A stretch of DNA of 36,081 nucleotides from a virus (IMGVR_UViG_3300016667_000113:1-36081); one strand, 5' to 3'. Shown: positions 27,126 through 34,874, counted from the stretch's first letter. A program made the numbers and translations. Notes: generated from the letters alone by a model not told the origin.

Positions 27126-28794
27126 CTAAAGGACAACGCAAGCGGAAATGTTCACCCGCTTCTCGAATTGATTGTACAGCACTTTTGCCAACAAACTCAG
27201 CATATTCAGGTTTTGTTTCAATCTGAATCTCATCGTGAACATTAGCTACCATCTTGAAGAATACTTTTTCTTGTAGAAGTTTCTTCTCAAAGATAACTAA
27301 AGCTTTCTTCATTACAATAGCCCCTGCGCCTTGAAGTAGGCTATTGAGTGCCGCATGTTCACTACGTACCCAAATCTTACGACCATCAAGCCCCGGTACA
27401 TAGCCCTCCACTGCGTAGCGCCCGACCGTTTCACGTAGACGTTGCAGCGCGGGAGTGCTTTTAAGAAATCTATTCTTGAGGCGTTCTCCGTCACGAGCAC
27501 TGCCTCCGACGATGGAGCCGATTTTCGCGTCACCGGCCCCGTAGAGGAACGCATAGATAAACGTTTTCGCTTGGTCGCGGGTAGATAAACCCGCAGCTCT
27601 CTGGTTAACGGTATGGACATCCGTTCCATCTTTAGACGATCCCTCAGTGACGGTTTTGACATACGCTTCATCCTTCATGTAATGAGCCAACATACGAAGC
27701 TCCAGGCCACTGGCGTCAGCGCCTACGAGCACGTTTCCTTCTTCCACAGTCCAACATTGACGACATTCAGGCCCATAAGGGCTGCCTGCGTTGGGCACTT
27801 GAGCCATATTAGGACTGCTGTGTGTCATACGGCCTGTCACAGCCCCGTTTGTCATCACTCGGCCATGCACACGACCATCTGAAGCGCAAGCGTCCACCCA
27901 CGATTCAATCTGAGCAATGCGTTTCTGCAACATCAAATATTCTGCAATGAGTTTGGCTTCTGGAATGTCAACACCCATCAATGTTGTTTCATCCACAATG
28001 GGTTGATTGGTTTCTGTAAACTTCTTAGGCTTCCATCCTAGTTCTTGGAGCTTTTCTCCGATTTGCTTTCGGCTTCCGGGATTGAAGACAACAATCTCAT
28101 CCTTGAGCCGCTTTCCTGTCTTTTCGCTGTAGCGTTCATTGACGATTGGGGGCCATCGCTTTTGCATCTGGTCATCAATGTCTGCCATTTTTCCTTTGAG
28201 GTTAGCAAGAAGCAAGGTTGCATGTTGTATGTCCAGTTTAAAGCCGTTACGTTCTTGTTGAGCAATTATGGAAGCCACCTGGTGTTCCAATTCAACGCTC
28301 TCATCAGAGAATTCCTTTGATGCACAATCTCGTTGAAGACGATGAAAAAGAGCACATAGAACGGCAACATCGCGTACACAATAATGCTCAAGCAAACCAC
28401 TGTGAGGGTTGTCAAAGCATTCACCAGGATAGGTCTCATCTCGTCCTTCCAGCCATGTCCACACGGCTTTGTAGTTAAGCTTGGCCTCGCCGAGTTCTTC
28501 GCCCCATGCCTCTAGGCTGTGCCCTTTCTCCCTCGTCGGATCGAGAAGACGGCTTACGACTAACGTATCGTACACCTTCTTCCTCGTAATATTCGTCTTC
28601 CACAATCTGTTTAGGATCGGAAAATCGAAAGCGATTCCATTCTGGGCCACTATTAATGTAGCCTTTTCTAGATAGTCGTTGAGGCCATTTGGATTTTTCC
28701 ATACTTTTACAACACCTGTATCAATTTCTTGAGTAACACAAAGCCATATTTTGTCATGGCTCATGTTTGTTTCAATGTCAAGAGCTACTTTCAT
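27082..28794 (-). CDS. polA: family A DNA polymerase (T7-like) with 3'-5' exonuclease domain
   Basis: ExoI LDIET, motif A DASGLELR, motif B KTFIYAFLYG, motif C VHDE. Confidence 0.96.
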   Translation of the reverse strand: MKVALDIETNMSHDKIWLCVTQEIDTGVVKVWKNPNGLNDYLEKATLIVAQNGIAFDFPILNRLWKTNITRKKVYDTLVVSRLLDPTREKGHSLEAWGEELGEAKLNYKAVWTWLEGRDETYPGECFDNPHSGLLEHYCVRDVAVLCALFHRLQRDCASKEFSDESVELEHQVASIIAQQERNGFKLDIQHATLLLANLKGKMADIDDQMQKRWPPIVNERYSEKTGKRLKDEIVVFNPGSRKQIGEKLQELGWKPKKFTETNQPIVDETTLMGVDIPEAKLIAEYLMLQKRIAQIESWVDACASDGRVHGRVMTNGAVTGRMTHSSPNMAQVPNAGSPYGPECRQCWTVEEGNVLVGADASGLELRMLAHYMKDEAYVKTVTEGSSKDGTDVHTVNQRAAGLSTRDQAKTFIYAFLYGAGDAKIGSIVGGSARDGERLKNRFLKSTPALQRLRETVGRYAVEGYVPGLDGRKIWVRSEHAALNSLLQGAGAIVMKKALVIFEKKLLQEKVFFKMVANVHDEIQIETKPEYAEFVGKSAVQSIREAGEHFRLRCPLDGEYKIGKSWRDTH

Positions 28795-29224
28795 TTAAAT
28801 ATTCAATTGCTTTTTTTAGAGATTTTGTATCATCTTTAAAATGACCTAATCCCATGTTGCAGTGATGGCAAAGAAGTCCTCTTACTTTTCCTGTTTTATG
28901 GTCGTGATCTACAAAAAGATTGTAAGACGATCTTGAACGACTAACTTCACTAGACGAACATATTTTGCAACGTCCTTGTTGTTGTTCAAGTAAAGTTTTG
29001 TAATCTTCTGGTGTAATGCCATATTTTTTTAAGTTATTTTTAAAAGACCTTTGCTTTTGTTTTTCTTTACCTCCTTTGTTGTGGTAAACATCTAGATTTA
29101 ACTGAACTGTGCATTCTTTACAAGTGCTACGTAATGCATAACTTCCGTCTTTACGTGTCTTTCCTTTTGGAAAACTGTCAAAAGGCTTAGAAATACCGCA
29201 GCATGAACAAGTTTTTAGTTCCAT
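28778..29224 (-). CDS. freestanding endonuclease VII-family (putative homing) endonuclease
   Basis: CSCC...CKEC N-domain; KYGIT...QQGRCKIC...VDHDHKTGKVRGLLCHHCNMGLG; visibly AT-rich versus flanks; GGAGG SD. Confidence 0.85.
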   Translation of the reverse strand: MELKTCSCCGISKPFDSFPKGKTRKDGSYALRSTCKECTVQLNLDVYHNKGGKEKQKQRSFKNNLKKYGITPEDYKTLLEQQQGRCKICSSSEVSRSRSSYNLFVDHDHKTGKVRGLLCHHCNMGLGHFKDDTKSLKKAIEYLNESSS

Positions 29225-29241
29225 AAACACCTCCTACAAGA

Positions 29242-29270
29242 AATGTAACAGATGTCTCACAATTTGTCAA
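29242..29270 (-). promoter_or_regulatory. sigma70 promoter of the endonuclease cassette
   Basis: TTGACA (29270-29265), 17 bp, TACATT (29247-29242). Confidence 0.75.
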
Positions 29271-29430
29271 GTTTTTGTGCTCCTTCATGTTCGTTTCGAT
29301 GTCTAGCGCAATTCTCATGCTCTTCTTTCAGCTTTTCATAATCGTTGATGAGGGTGTGATAGCGTTCTTGCAAGTCATAAAACTTTGTCTCAAGCTCCAT
29401 CAGTCTTCCCACGAGTGTATCAATGTTCAT
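29257..29430 (-). CDS. coiled-coil hypothetical protein
   Basis: 57 aa MNIDTLVGRLMELETKFYDLQERY... Confidence 0.65.
   Translation of the reverse strand: MNIDTLVGRLMELETKFYDLQERYHTLINDYEKLKEEHENCARHRNEHEGAQKLDKL
29286..29318 (-). pseudogene. orphaned original 5' end of polA (MRIALDIETNM)
   Basis: 9/11 aa and 26/33 nt identical to the current polA start MKVALDIETNM at 28794-28762. Confidence 0.8.
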
Positions 29431-29641
29431 GCGTCCCCCTTGCTCGGATGGCGGCGGCAACTTCAGAAAAGCGCCCACCGAACCGGGCTTGTTCGGCTAC
29501 TTCTGCACACGCCTCACGCTCGGCAGCAGCTACAAGGGCGGCAAAGCGTCCAAGCTGAGGAATGTACAAAGGAAGTCTGGTCTCATAGTCATATGGAAGA
29601 AATGCCTCCCGCGCCATGCGGATGATGTCTTCTTGTGTCAT
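29420..29641 (-). CDS. hypothetical accessory protein
   Basis: MTQEDIIRMAREA...RFAALVAAAEREACA...AAAIRARG; GC-rich; ATGA coupled. Confidence 0.7.
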   Translation of the reverse strand: MTQEDIIRMAREAFLPYDYETRLPLYIPQLGRFAALVAAAEREACAEVAEQARFGGRFSEVAAAIRARGTHEH

Positions 29642-29787
29642 TTGATGTTCATCCATAATCCCACCTGTGCATAAGCATAGCCAGTCCAAATCATGCCATT
29701 AGGCATGTCCCCTTTGAGCCATTGAAGAATACCAACAACGGCATAGCCTAAGCCTGTGGCTCCGACGATGATGTGTTCAATGCTCAT
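29638..29787 (-). CDS. small membrane protein
   Basis: 49 aa with two hydrophobic segments; AGGAG SD, ATGA overlap. Confidence 0.65.
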   Translation of the reverse strand: MSIEHIIVGATGLGYAVVGILQWLKGDMPNGMIWTGYAYAQVGLWMNIK

Positions 29788-29912
29788 GCGTTCTTCTCCT
29801 TGAGCCGCATCAGGCGAGCGTATTGGTCGGTCTTTCCGCAGTAGCTTTTGATCCACGCCTTCGTGCTGTCACGCTCATACAGGCGCTTGCATTTTGAACA
29901 GCGATACATCAT
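29784..29912 (-). CDS. hypothetical 42-aa protein (missing from ORF track)
   Basis: MMYRCSKCKRLYERDSTKAWIKSYCGKTDQYARLMRLKEKNA; AAGGA SD. Confidence 0.6.
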   Translation of the reverse strand: MMYRCSKCKRLYERDSTKAWIKSYCGKTDQYARLMRLKEKNA

Positions 29913-29915
29913 GTG

Positions 29916-30128
29916 TTATTCCTTAATGCCGTGGGCGGCTTCAATGTCTCGGGCGAAGTCTTGATGGTCGTAATATGGCGATGTGTTTTGCCATATCGTT
30001 TCAATCTCCTCATCAGTCAGTCCCACCCACGGCAGTTCAATCACATCGTGACCAGCTTGCTTGTAGGCTTCGGCTCGCCACCTTGCGGCACGGTCTTTGT
30101 GATACTCACAGTCGGGGCAGTTTGTCAT
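29916..30128 (-). CDS. hypothetical accessory protein (WVGLT family)
   Basis: 70 aa, WVGLTDEEI...FARDIEAAHGIKE. Confidence 0.7.
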   Translation of the reverse strand: MTNCPDCEYHKDRAARWRAEAYKQAGHDVIELPWVGLTDEEIETIWQNTSPYYDHQDFARDIEAAHGIKE

Positions 30129-30352
30129 GACGCGTACCCATCCATAATAAATTTGTTCTTGGCTTCTTCCAGCGCACCGATAACCATCAGGCGGTCTGAG
30201 GCAGTGGATGTCTTAATCTTGAACTGGCCTCTGTCTTTCCAAAAGCACAACACAAGCACTGTGTCTGGTGCTTCGTCTATGGCCTCGTTTAATACCGCCC
30301 TGGCTTGCACCTTGTGGTGGTCAGGTATGGTCAGTGTTTTTAGTTTGCTCAT
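30125..30352 (-). CDS. hypothetical protein
   Basis: MSKLKTLTIPDHHK...; AGGAG SD and ATGA overlap. Confidence 0.65.
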   Translation of the reverse strand: MSKLKTLTIPDHHKVQARAVLNEAIDEAPDTVLVLCFWKDRGQFKIKTSTASDRLMVIGALEEAKNKFIMDGYAS

Positions 30353-30591
30353 GCGTTCTTCTCCTTGAGTTTGGCTTCGATGGCATCGGCAAATTCCCAA
30401 AAGCCACCGCCTTCTTGGGTCTCATCAAATGCAATGTCGATGTCCTCTTGCGTCAGTCCCACCCATGTGCGCTGTGTCTTGCAGTTCGGGCATTGGCATA
30501 CTTCTGGCTGTGCCGGTTTCTCTTTCATTGCATCATCCCAACCTTTTTTATACCCTTCGTCGTATCCTTGACCCCATTCTCTTGTGCTCAT
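30349..30591 (-). CDS. hypothetical accessory protein (WVGLT family)
   Basis: GYDEGYKKGW, CQCPNC, WVGLT...AIEAKLKEKNA; AGGAG SD and ATGA overlap. Confidence 0.7.
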   Translation of the reverse strand: MSTREWGQGYDEGYKKGWDDAMKEKPAQPEVCQCPNCKTQRTWVGLTQEDIDIAFDETQEGGGFWEFADAIEAKLKEKNA

Positions 30592-30818
30592 GATTGCTCC
30601 TTGTTCGGCCACTCGGCCCAGTAAGTCGGTGTCCCCACAGCATCCTCAATTCCGCCAACAGTGACAACAAAATCCTTGACCGTCAGTTGAACGCGCTCCT
30701 GCTCTGGCTGTGCCAAGGCTTCTCTGATGGCGGTGATGGCTGTTCCTCGCCTATACAGCGGTGTGTTCCATTGTTCCAACGCCTCAAGCGCCAGCTTCAA
30801 TGCTTCGTCTTTAGTCAT
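30588..30818 (-). CDS. hypothetical accessory protein
   Basis: MTKDEALKLALEALE...AITAIREALAQPEQE. Confidence 0.7.
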   Translation of the reverse strand: MTKDEALKLALEALEQWNTPLYRRGTAITAIREALAQPEQERVQLTVKDFVVTVGGIEDAVGTPTYWAEWPNKEQS

Positions 30819-31002
30819 TGTTCACTTTCGTTACAATCCACTGAGAAGGAAAACAAAACCAGTCATGCACAAGAGCCAAGGCTTCTACGAGCTTCTCACG
30901 TTCTCCTGGCTCAAACAAACTGTCATCGCCCTCTTTCAATCGATCATATTCCTTCTTGAGCTCGCTAGAAATAAAATTGTCCAAGTCTTCCGAAGTCATC
31001 AT
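30811..31002 (-). CDS. hypothetical protein
   Basis: 63 aa, GGAGG SD, ATGA overlap with primase-helicase stop. Confidence 0.65.
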   Translation of the reverse strand: MMTSEDLDNFISSELKKEYDRLKEGDDSLFEPGEREKLVEALALVHDWFCFPSQWIVTKVNND

Positions 31003-32609
31003 AGTTCCTCCAAAGTAATTTCGTTCATACGCCCTGTTTCCAAATCATACATCAAAGAACATGCAGGCCCAGTGTCGCCTGTGTAGCGGTTCTTTGCAAT
31101 AGCCACTTTAGTTTTATGCCTGATTGTAGGGTCTTCAGCCATGCTATTACGAGTAAGGGTAATAACAGCATCTGACAACTGTGCAATAGCTCCGCTTCCT
31201 CGCAATTGAGACAAACTCACAGCTTCCCCGTCTTCGTGGCCTGAATTGCCATTAGGACGCTTCAAATGGCTCACAGCAATGAGCGTAATTTCTAGTTCCT
31301 GCACCAATGTTCGCAAGCGTGTCATCAGATTGTCAATGGCTTTGCGTTCATCGCCGTTGTCAGCACCAGAGATGATAATAGAAATATGGTCAACAAAGAT
31401 GACACGACAGTCGCACGCCTTAGCCAGATAGCGGATGCGGTTGATGATGTTGTCAGCAGAGGTAGACCCAAAGTGATCGAACAAGAAAATACGATTAGTG
31501 CCCAGAGTAGCATCAAAAGCATCCTTTAGCTCTTCTTCGGAGGCCAGTGTGTCAGGGATGTGCAGCTTCTTATTTGCGTGCAGAGACATAATGCTCCGGG
31601 CTGTTTTTCGCACGCTCTCTTCGAGGAACATTCCTCCAATATTCCACTTTGTAGTGCGGAGAAGATGATAGAGAATTTCTCGGAGAAACTGAGACTTGCC
31701 CAGTCCGCTGCCTGCGGTAACCATGACGAGTTCGGCTGGCCGAAGTCCATAGAGTTTGTCATTGAGTCCTTTCCAGGGATAGAAGGCTTCTGCCTTTGGT
31801 TCAGGTTTGTTCACTACTTCCCAGAGGGAAGAAGCAGCGACAATACCATCAGGAACATAGGTTTCTGCTTTCCACCAGAGGTTGACAAAAGCTTCCCCTT
31901 TACCAGCCTTAAGATAGTCGCAAGCATCTTTATAGTCTCCTGTGTGCTTAAACACTTTAGCTTTACTTCCGAACAATTCAGCCACTTCCCCGGCTGCCTT
32001 GCGTCCTGGCTCGTCGTTGTCAAAGCATACGACAATGTTCTCAAACGACTCCAGATATTCATAATTATTTTTTGCATCCTTCAAAGCCCCTTGTGCGCCG
32101 TTTCTGATGGACACAACAGGCCATTTAGAACCAGTCATCTGAAAGGCTGCTAGAGCGTCCAGTTCACCTTCCACGAGGGTGATGTATTTGCCTCCCTTGG
32201 GGAACAACTGAGCCCCAAACAAAACAGCCTCACCCCATTGACCCTTCACTGTGAAGTCTTTGGCCTCTACGTCCCGCACCTTCTGAGCCACGTATTTGCC
32301 AGCCTTATCAAAATACGGGTAGACGTGCTTGCCATTGGTCTGCATGACATTGAAAGCCTCGCAGGTGGCCCGGCTGATTCCCCTATCGGAAATCGGTGCA
32401 ATGTCGCCTGTTAGCAGCATTGTGATAGGTTTAGGGGTGCTATTCATATCACTAGCGTGGCTGCGGTTACTAGTAATGCTTTCCCCCTCTGTCACCCCAC
32501 ATGCAAAGCAATGGAAATGCCCATCATCGTAGATGGCTCCTGCGTCACTTGAGCCGCAATGTTCACAAGGAACATGCCTTACAAAATTACTCTTCGTCTG
32601 TGTCTGCAT
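30999..32609 (-). CDS. T7 gp4-like DNA primase-helicase
   Basis: Zn finger CEHCGSSD...CFAC, TOPRIM EGELD / FDND, Walker A AGSGLGKS, VDHI, LRGSGAIAQLSD, KNRYTG; start placed at MQTQT. Confidence 0.95.
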   Translation of the reverse strand: MQTQTKSNFVRHVPCEHCGSSDAGAIYDDGHFHCFACGVTEGESITSNRSHASDMNSTPKPITMLLTGDIAPISDRGISRATCEAFNVMQTNGKHVYPYFDKAGKYVAQKVRDVEAKDFTVKGQWGEAVLFGAQLFPKGGKYITLVEGELDALAAFQMTGSKWPVVSIRNGAQGALKDAKNNYEYLESFENIVVCFDNDEPGRKAAGEVAELFGSKAKVFKHTGDYKDACDYLKAGKGEAFVNLWWKAETYVPDGIVAASSLWEVVNKPEPKAEAFYPWKGLNDKLYGLRPAELVMVTAGSGLGKSQFLREILYHLLRTTKWNIGGMFLEESVRKTARSIMSLHANKKLHIPDTLASEEELKDAFDATLGTNRIFLFDHFGSTSADNIINRIRYLAKACDCRVIFVDHISIIISGADNGDERKAIDNLMTRLRTLVQELEITLIAVSHLKRPNGNSGHEDGEAVSLSQLRGSGAIAQLSDAVITLTRNSMAEDPTIRHKTKVAIAKNRYTGDTGPACSLMYDLETGRMNEITLEEL

Positions 32610-32757
32610 CGTCATCTTCCTGTTCGTTGTCGTCGTCTTGCTCTTCCTCTGGCTCGTCCCGCCCAAAAATAGCCTCCCAGCGTTTGTCGTATTCGTCCTG
32701 GGTGACGCTAAATGGGCGAGGCTTGCTGCCTTTACCGCCATGCCATGAATTATTCAT
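32587..32757 (-). CDS. small protein with GGKGSKPRP motif and acidic tail
   Basis: MNNSWHGGKGSKPRPFSVTQDEYDKRWEAIFG; AGGAG SD, ATGA overlap. Confidence 0.7.
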   Translation of the reverse strand: MNNSWHGGKGSKPRPFSVTQDEYDKRWEAIFGRDEPEEEQDDDNEQEDDDADTDEE

Positions 32758-32984
32758 GTGTTTTTCTCCTTGAGTTTGGCTTCGATGGCACGTACAAACG
32801 GGAGTCCGACTTCTTCCCAATCGCTAGGGTAGACATAGCAGACCCCTGGCTTTGGAAAGTTTACAGCTTTTGCTTCCTCATCCGTCAGACCCACCCACTC
32901 ACGGCGCATCATTTCCACGCCGGAGCCATCCCGGTAATCGTGGCACGCGCAGCCGCGCTCGGCACATGCTGGGTTTGCAATCAT
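32754..32984 (-). CDS. hypothetical accessory protein (WVGLT family)
   Basis: WVGLTDEE...RAIEAKLKEKNT; GC-rich. Confidence 0.7.
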   Translation of the reverse strand: MIANPACAERGCACHDYRDGSGVEMMRREWVGLTDEEAKAVNFPKPGVCYVYPSDWEEVGLPFVRAIEAKLKEKNT

Positions 32985-33040
32985 TTCAAAGCCCCTTTAA
33001 TCAAAGACAAACAAAAGACAAACAATCCAAATATTGTCAT
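32981..33040 (-). CDS. 19-aa hydrophobic peptide
   Basis: MTIFGLFVFCLSLIKGALK; GGAG SD; ATGA overlaps at both ends. Confidence 0.5.
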   Translation of the reverse strand: MTIFGLFVFCLSLIKGALK

Positions 33041-33240
33041 TGTTTGCTCCAGTATTCAAGATATTTTTTCTCAATGTCATCAAGGATAGATAAACTTTTA
33101 GTATTAAAAATCCATTGGGCAATACCATCGACCAATCCCCAGTAATGGCTCTCTTCCAACATCGCCTCAATGTCATCATTCGACACACCATTAAGAGACA
33201 CAAAGTCTTCTTCAATTAGCAGGTTTTTCATTTTACCCAT
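33037..33240 (-). CDS. hypothetical protein
   Basis: MGKMKNLLIEED...; GGAG SD at 33251-33248. Confidence 0.65.
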   Translation of the reverse strand: MGKMKNLLIEEDFVSLNGVSNDDIEAMLEESHYWGLVDGIAQWIFNTKSLSILDDIEKKYLEYWSKQ

Positions 33241-33256
33241 GACATTTCTCCAATTT

Positions 33257-33272
33257 TGGCACACTTTTTGCA
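33257..33272 (+). promoter_or_regulatory. sigma54 -24/-12 element, antisense to early genes
   Basis: TGGCAC-ACTTT-TTGCA in an intergenic gap. Confidence 0.55.
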
Positions 33273-33342
33273 ATACTTTAAAGAATCTTATAGGTATACT
33301 TTAACAGTTGTATTCTTTACTTATAGGTACCTTTAACTGTTG
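33273..33342. repeat. AT-rich direct repeats (possible replication origin)
   Basis: CTTATAGGTA(ta/c)CTTTAACwGTTG at 33287-33310 and 33320-33342. Confidence 0.5.
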
Positions 33343-33584
33343 TCTTCTATGTCTCCTTCATAGTCTACATAGTTATTATAATGGCCCCCGTGAGCTTCTG
33401 GGAAATCTTCAAGGTCAAAATCAGACTCTTTTACTAGGTCTTTCCTGTCCCTGGTGGGCATGATGTCTTTCAATCCAGACTCAGAAAAACAGACATTGCA
33501 GATGTCCACAAAATCACCAGTGTTCGCATTCCTGCGTGTAGATTCAAAATCAGTCAATAGAGCATCACAAATTTTACAATGCAT
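33333..33584 (-). CDS. zinc-finger hypothetical protein
   Basis: CKIC...DICNVC; 83 aa. Confidence 0.7.
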   Translation of the reverse strand: MHCKICDALLTDFESTRRNANTGDFVDICNVCFSESGLKDIMPTRDRKDLVKESDFDLEDFPEAHGGHYNNYVDYEGDIEDNS

Positions 33585-33649
33585 GGCTACCCCTTACCTC
33601 ATGTTAAAAAATCGATTGTAGGCTGTTTTAGAGCGTTTTGGAAGCATTT

Positions 33650-33763
33650 TTAGAAGGGAGCCTCTTCAAGGGGAGGCATGGGAGGCTTGAAAACAGGCAC
33701 AGGCAAGCCATTCCAGACAGGGAAAGGCCATGTGCGTGAATCGTAAGGGCATGGGTTTGTCAT
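33650..33763 (-). CDS. 37-aa proline-rich protein (missing from ORF track)
   Basis: MTNPCPYDSRTWPFPVWNGLPVPVFKPPMPPLEEAPF; GAGG SD; ATGA overlap. Confidence 0.6.
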   Translation of the reverse strand: MTNPCPYDSRTWPFPVWNGLPVPVFKPPMPPLEEAPF

Positions 33764-33993
33764 GTTTTAACCTCAGGAAGTGTTTTAAGCCAATCATAAA
33801 TGTCTTTTACGGGCCCAATTTGCCAATATCTGCCTTCATCCACTGACAGAAGAGCTCCGTCTGCTGTGATACGCATTCGTTCGTTCTTTTCTATCGCTGG
33901 CCCACAATCCAACAAGGCCACAGAACTATCCACCAATGAGGGCTTTACAATCTTTCCCTTTTTAAGGGCTAATGCAATGGTTTCTTCAATCAT
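33760..33993 (-). CDS. early hypothetical protein
   Basis: 77 aa, GGAG SD, ATGA overlap. Confidence 0.65.
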   Translation of the reverse strand: MIEETIALALKKGKIVKPSLVDSSVALLDCGPAIEKNERMRITADGALLSVDEGRYWQIGPVKDIYDWLKTLPEVKT

Positions 33994-34220
33994 GGCTGCT
34001 CCATGTCGTGACAGTGTTTCTCATAAGCGGCCATGACATCGTCTAAGACACTCTCAGACAAAATATCCATAATGTCAACGCCATTGTGATAGACTGCCAC
34101 AATGGACACATTATCGGGCACAGTGTAATGTCCTAAAATGGGATGGTAGCAGTCTTTTTCTGTGTCTTCTATCTCTGCTTCCAGGTCAATAAACCCGTAA
34201 GATAGGTGAATGGTAGTCAT
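33990..34220 (-). CDS. early hypothetical protein
   Basis: 76 aa acidic, GAGG SD, ATGA overlap. Confidence 0.7.
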   Translation of the reverse strand: MTTIHLSYGFIDLEAEIEDTEKDCYHPILGHYTVPDNVSIVAVYHNGVDIMDILSESVLDDVMAAYEKHCHDMEQP

Positions 34221-34447
34221 TGGATGTATTCCTCATAAAGCGTAATAAGTGTCTCGAGACGTTCGAGCTTATACGACTCTATCAGTGTTGATGCATTCTC
34301 TGCCAGCACTGAATAGACGCTATCAATAAGCCCTTGTAGGCATTCTCTGGTGTGTTTTAGCTCTTGCAGGCATCGATATGCTTCGGGAGCCGTGGTGGAT
34401 GTCCACAATGCCTGCTCCATGTCGAACATTTGTTCACGATTTAGCAT
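34217..34447 (-). CDS. early hypothetical protein
   Basis: 76 aa, GGAG SD. Confidence 0.65.
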   Translation of the reverse strand: MLNREQMFDMEQALWTSTTAPEAYRCLQELKHTRECLQGLIDSVYSVLAENASTLIESYKLERLETLITLYEEYIQ

Positions 34448-34450
34448 GTA

Positions 34451-34795
34451 TCATTCTCCAATGTATTCCGCTACTTCGGGCGTATTTTCGTCGATGTATT
34501 CGCCTTGTGTGATGTTACTTGCCACCCATTCAGCAGCAAAGTAGACAACGCTTCCCTTGAACGTATCCACATCATCCATGTTATCAAGGACGTATTGAGG
34601 AAGCTCGCCCGTTTCGTCCTTGTATTCGGCCAGCAAAGCGTGCAAAGCTGCGCCGTGTTCGTCATACAGAGTCACCAAGTCGCGAGTCCAGATAAGCCCG
34701 TGGTGGCCCGTGTTGGCCCCGTGGTTTGCCATATCTGCCAATTCATTGTGGCTGTAGGTGCGTTGCATGTGGGCTGTGAATGTGTTTTCTTGCAT
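34451..34795 (-). CDS. early hypothetical protein
   Basis: 114 aa acidic, DMANHGANTG...YFAAEWVA; AGGAG SD. Confidence 0.7.
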   Translation of the reverse strand: MQENTFTAHMQRTYSHNELADMANHGANTGHHGLIWTRDLVTLYDEHGAALHALLAEYKDETGELPQYVLDNMDDVDTFKGSVVYFAAEWVASNITQGEYIDENTPEVAEYIGE

Positions 34796-34833
34796 GTTAG
34801 CTACTCCTGAGCAAGTATGCGGGCAAAATAGCC

Positions 34834-34861
34834 CCGTAAAGCCCCGTTTAGAGCTTTACAG
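34834..34861 (-). promoter_or_regulatory. intergenic RNA hairpin in early transcript (processing/antitermination site?)
   Basis: CUGUAAAGCUCU-AAAC-GGGGCUUUACGG, 12 bp with three G-U pairs that form only on the - strand RNA; no U tract. Confidence 0.55.
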
Positions 34862-34874
34862 TGCAAATCTACCA

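Noticed and set aside
28762-29285. Group I intron interrupting polA
   Set aside because: The insert is almost entirely promoter plus ORF with no room for a catalytic core, and polA has a complete new start downstream
32610-32741. N-terminal extension of primase-helicase in the ORF track
   Set aside because: Overlaps a better-supported small gene (32587-32757); SD spacing favours ATG 32609
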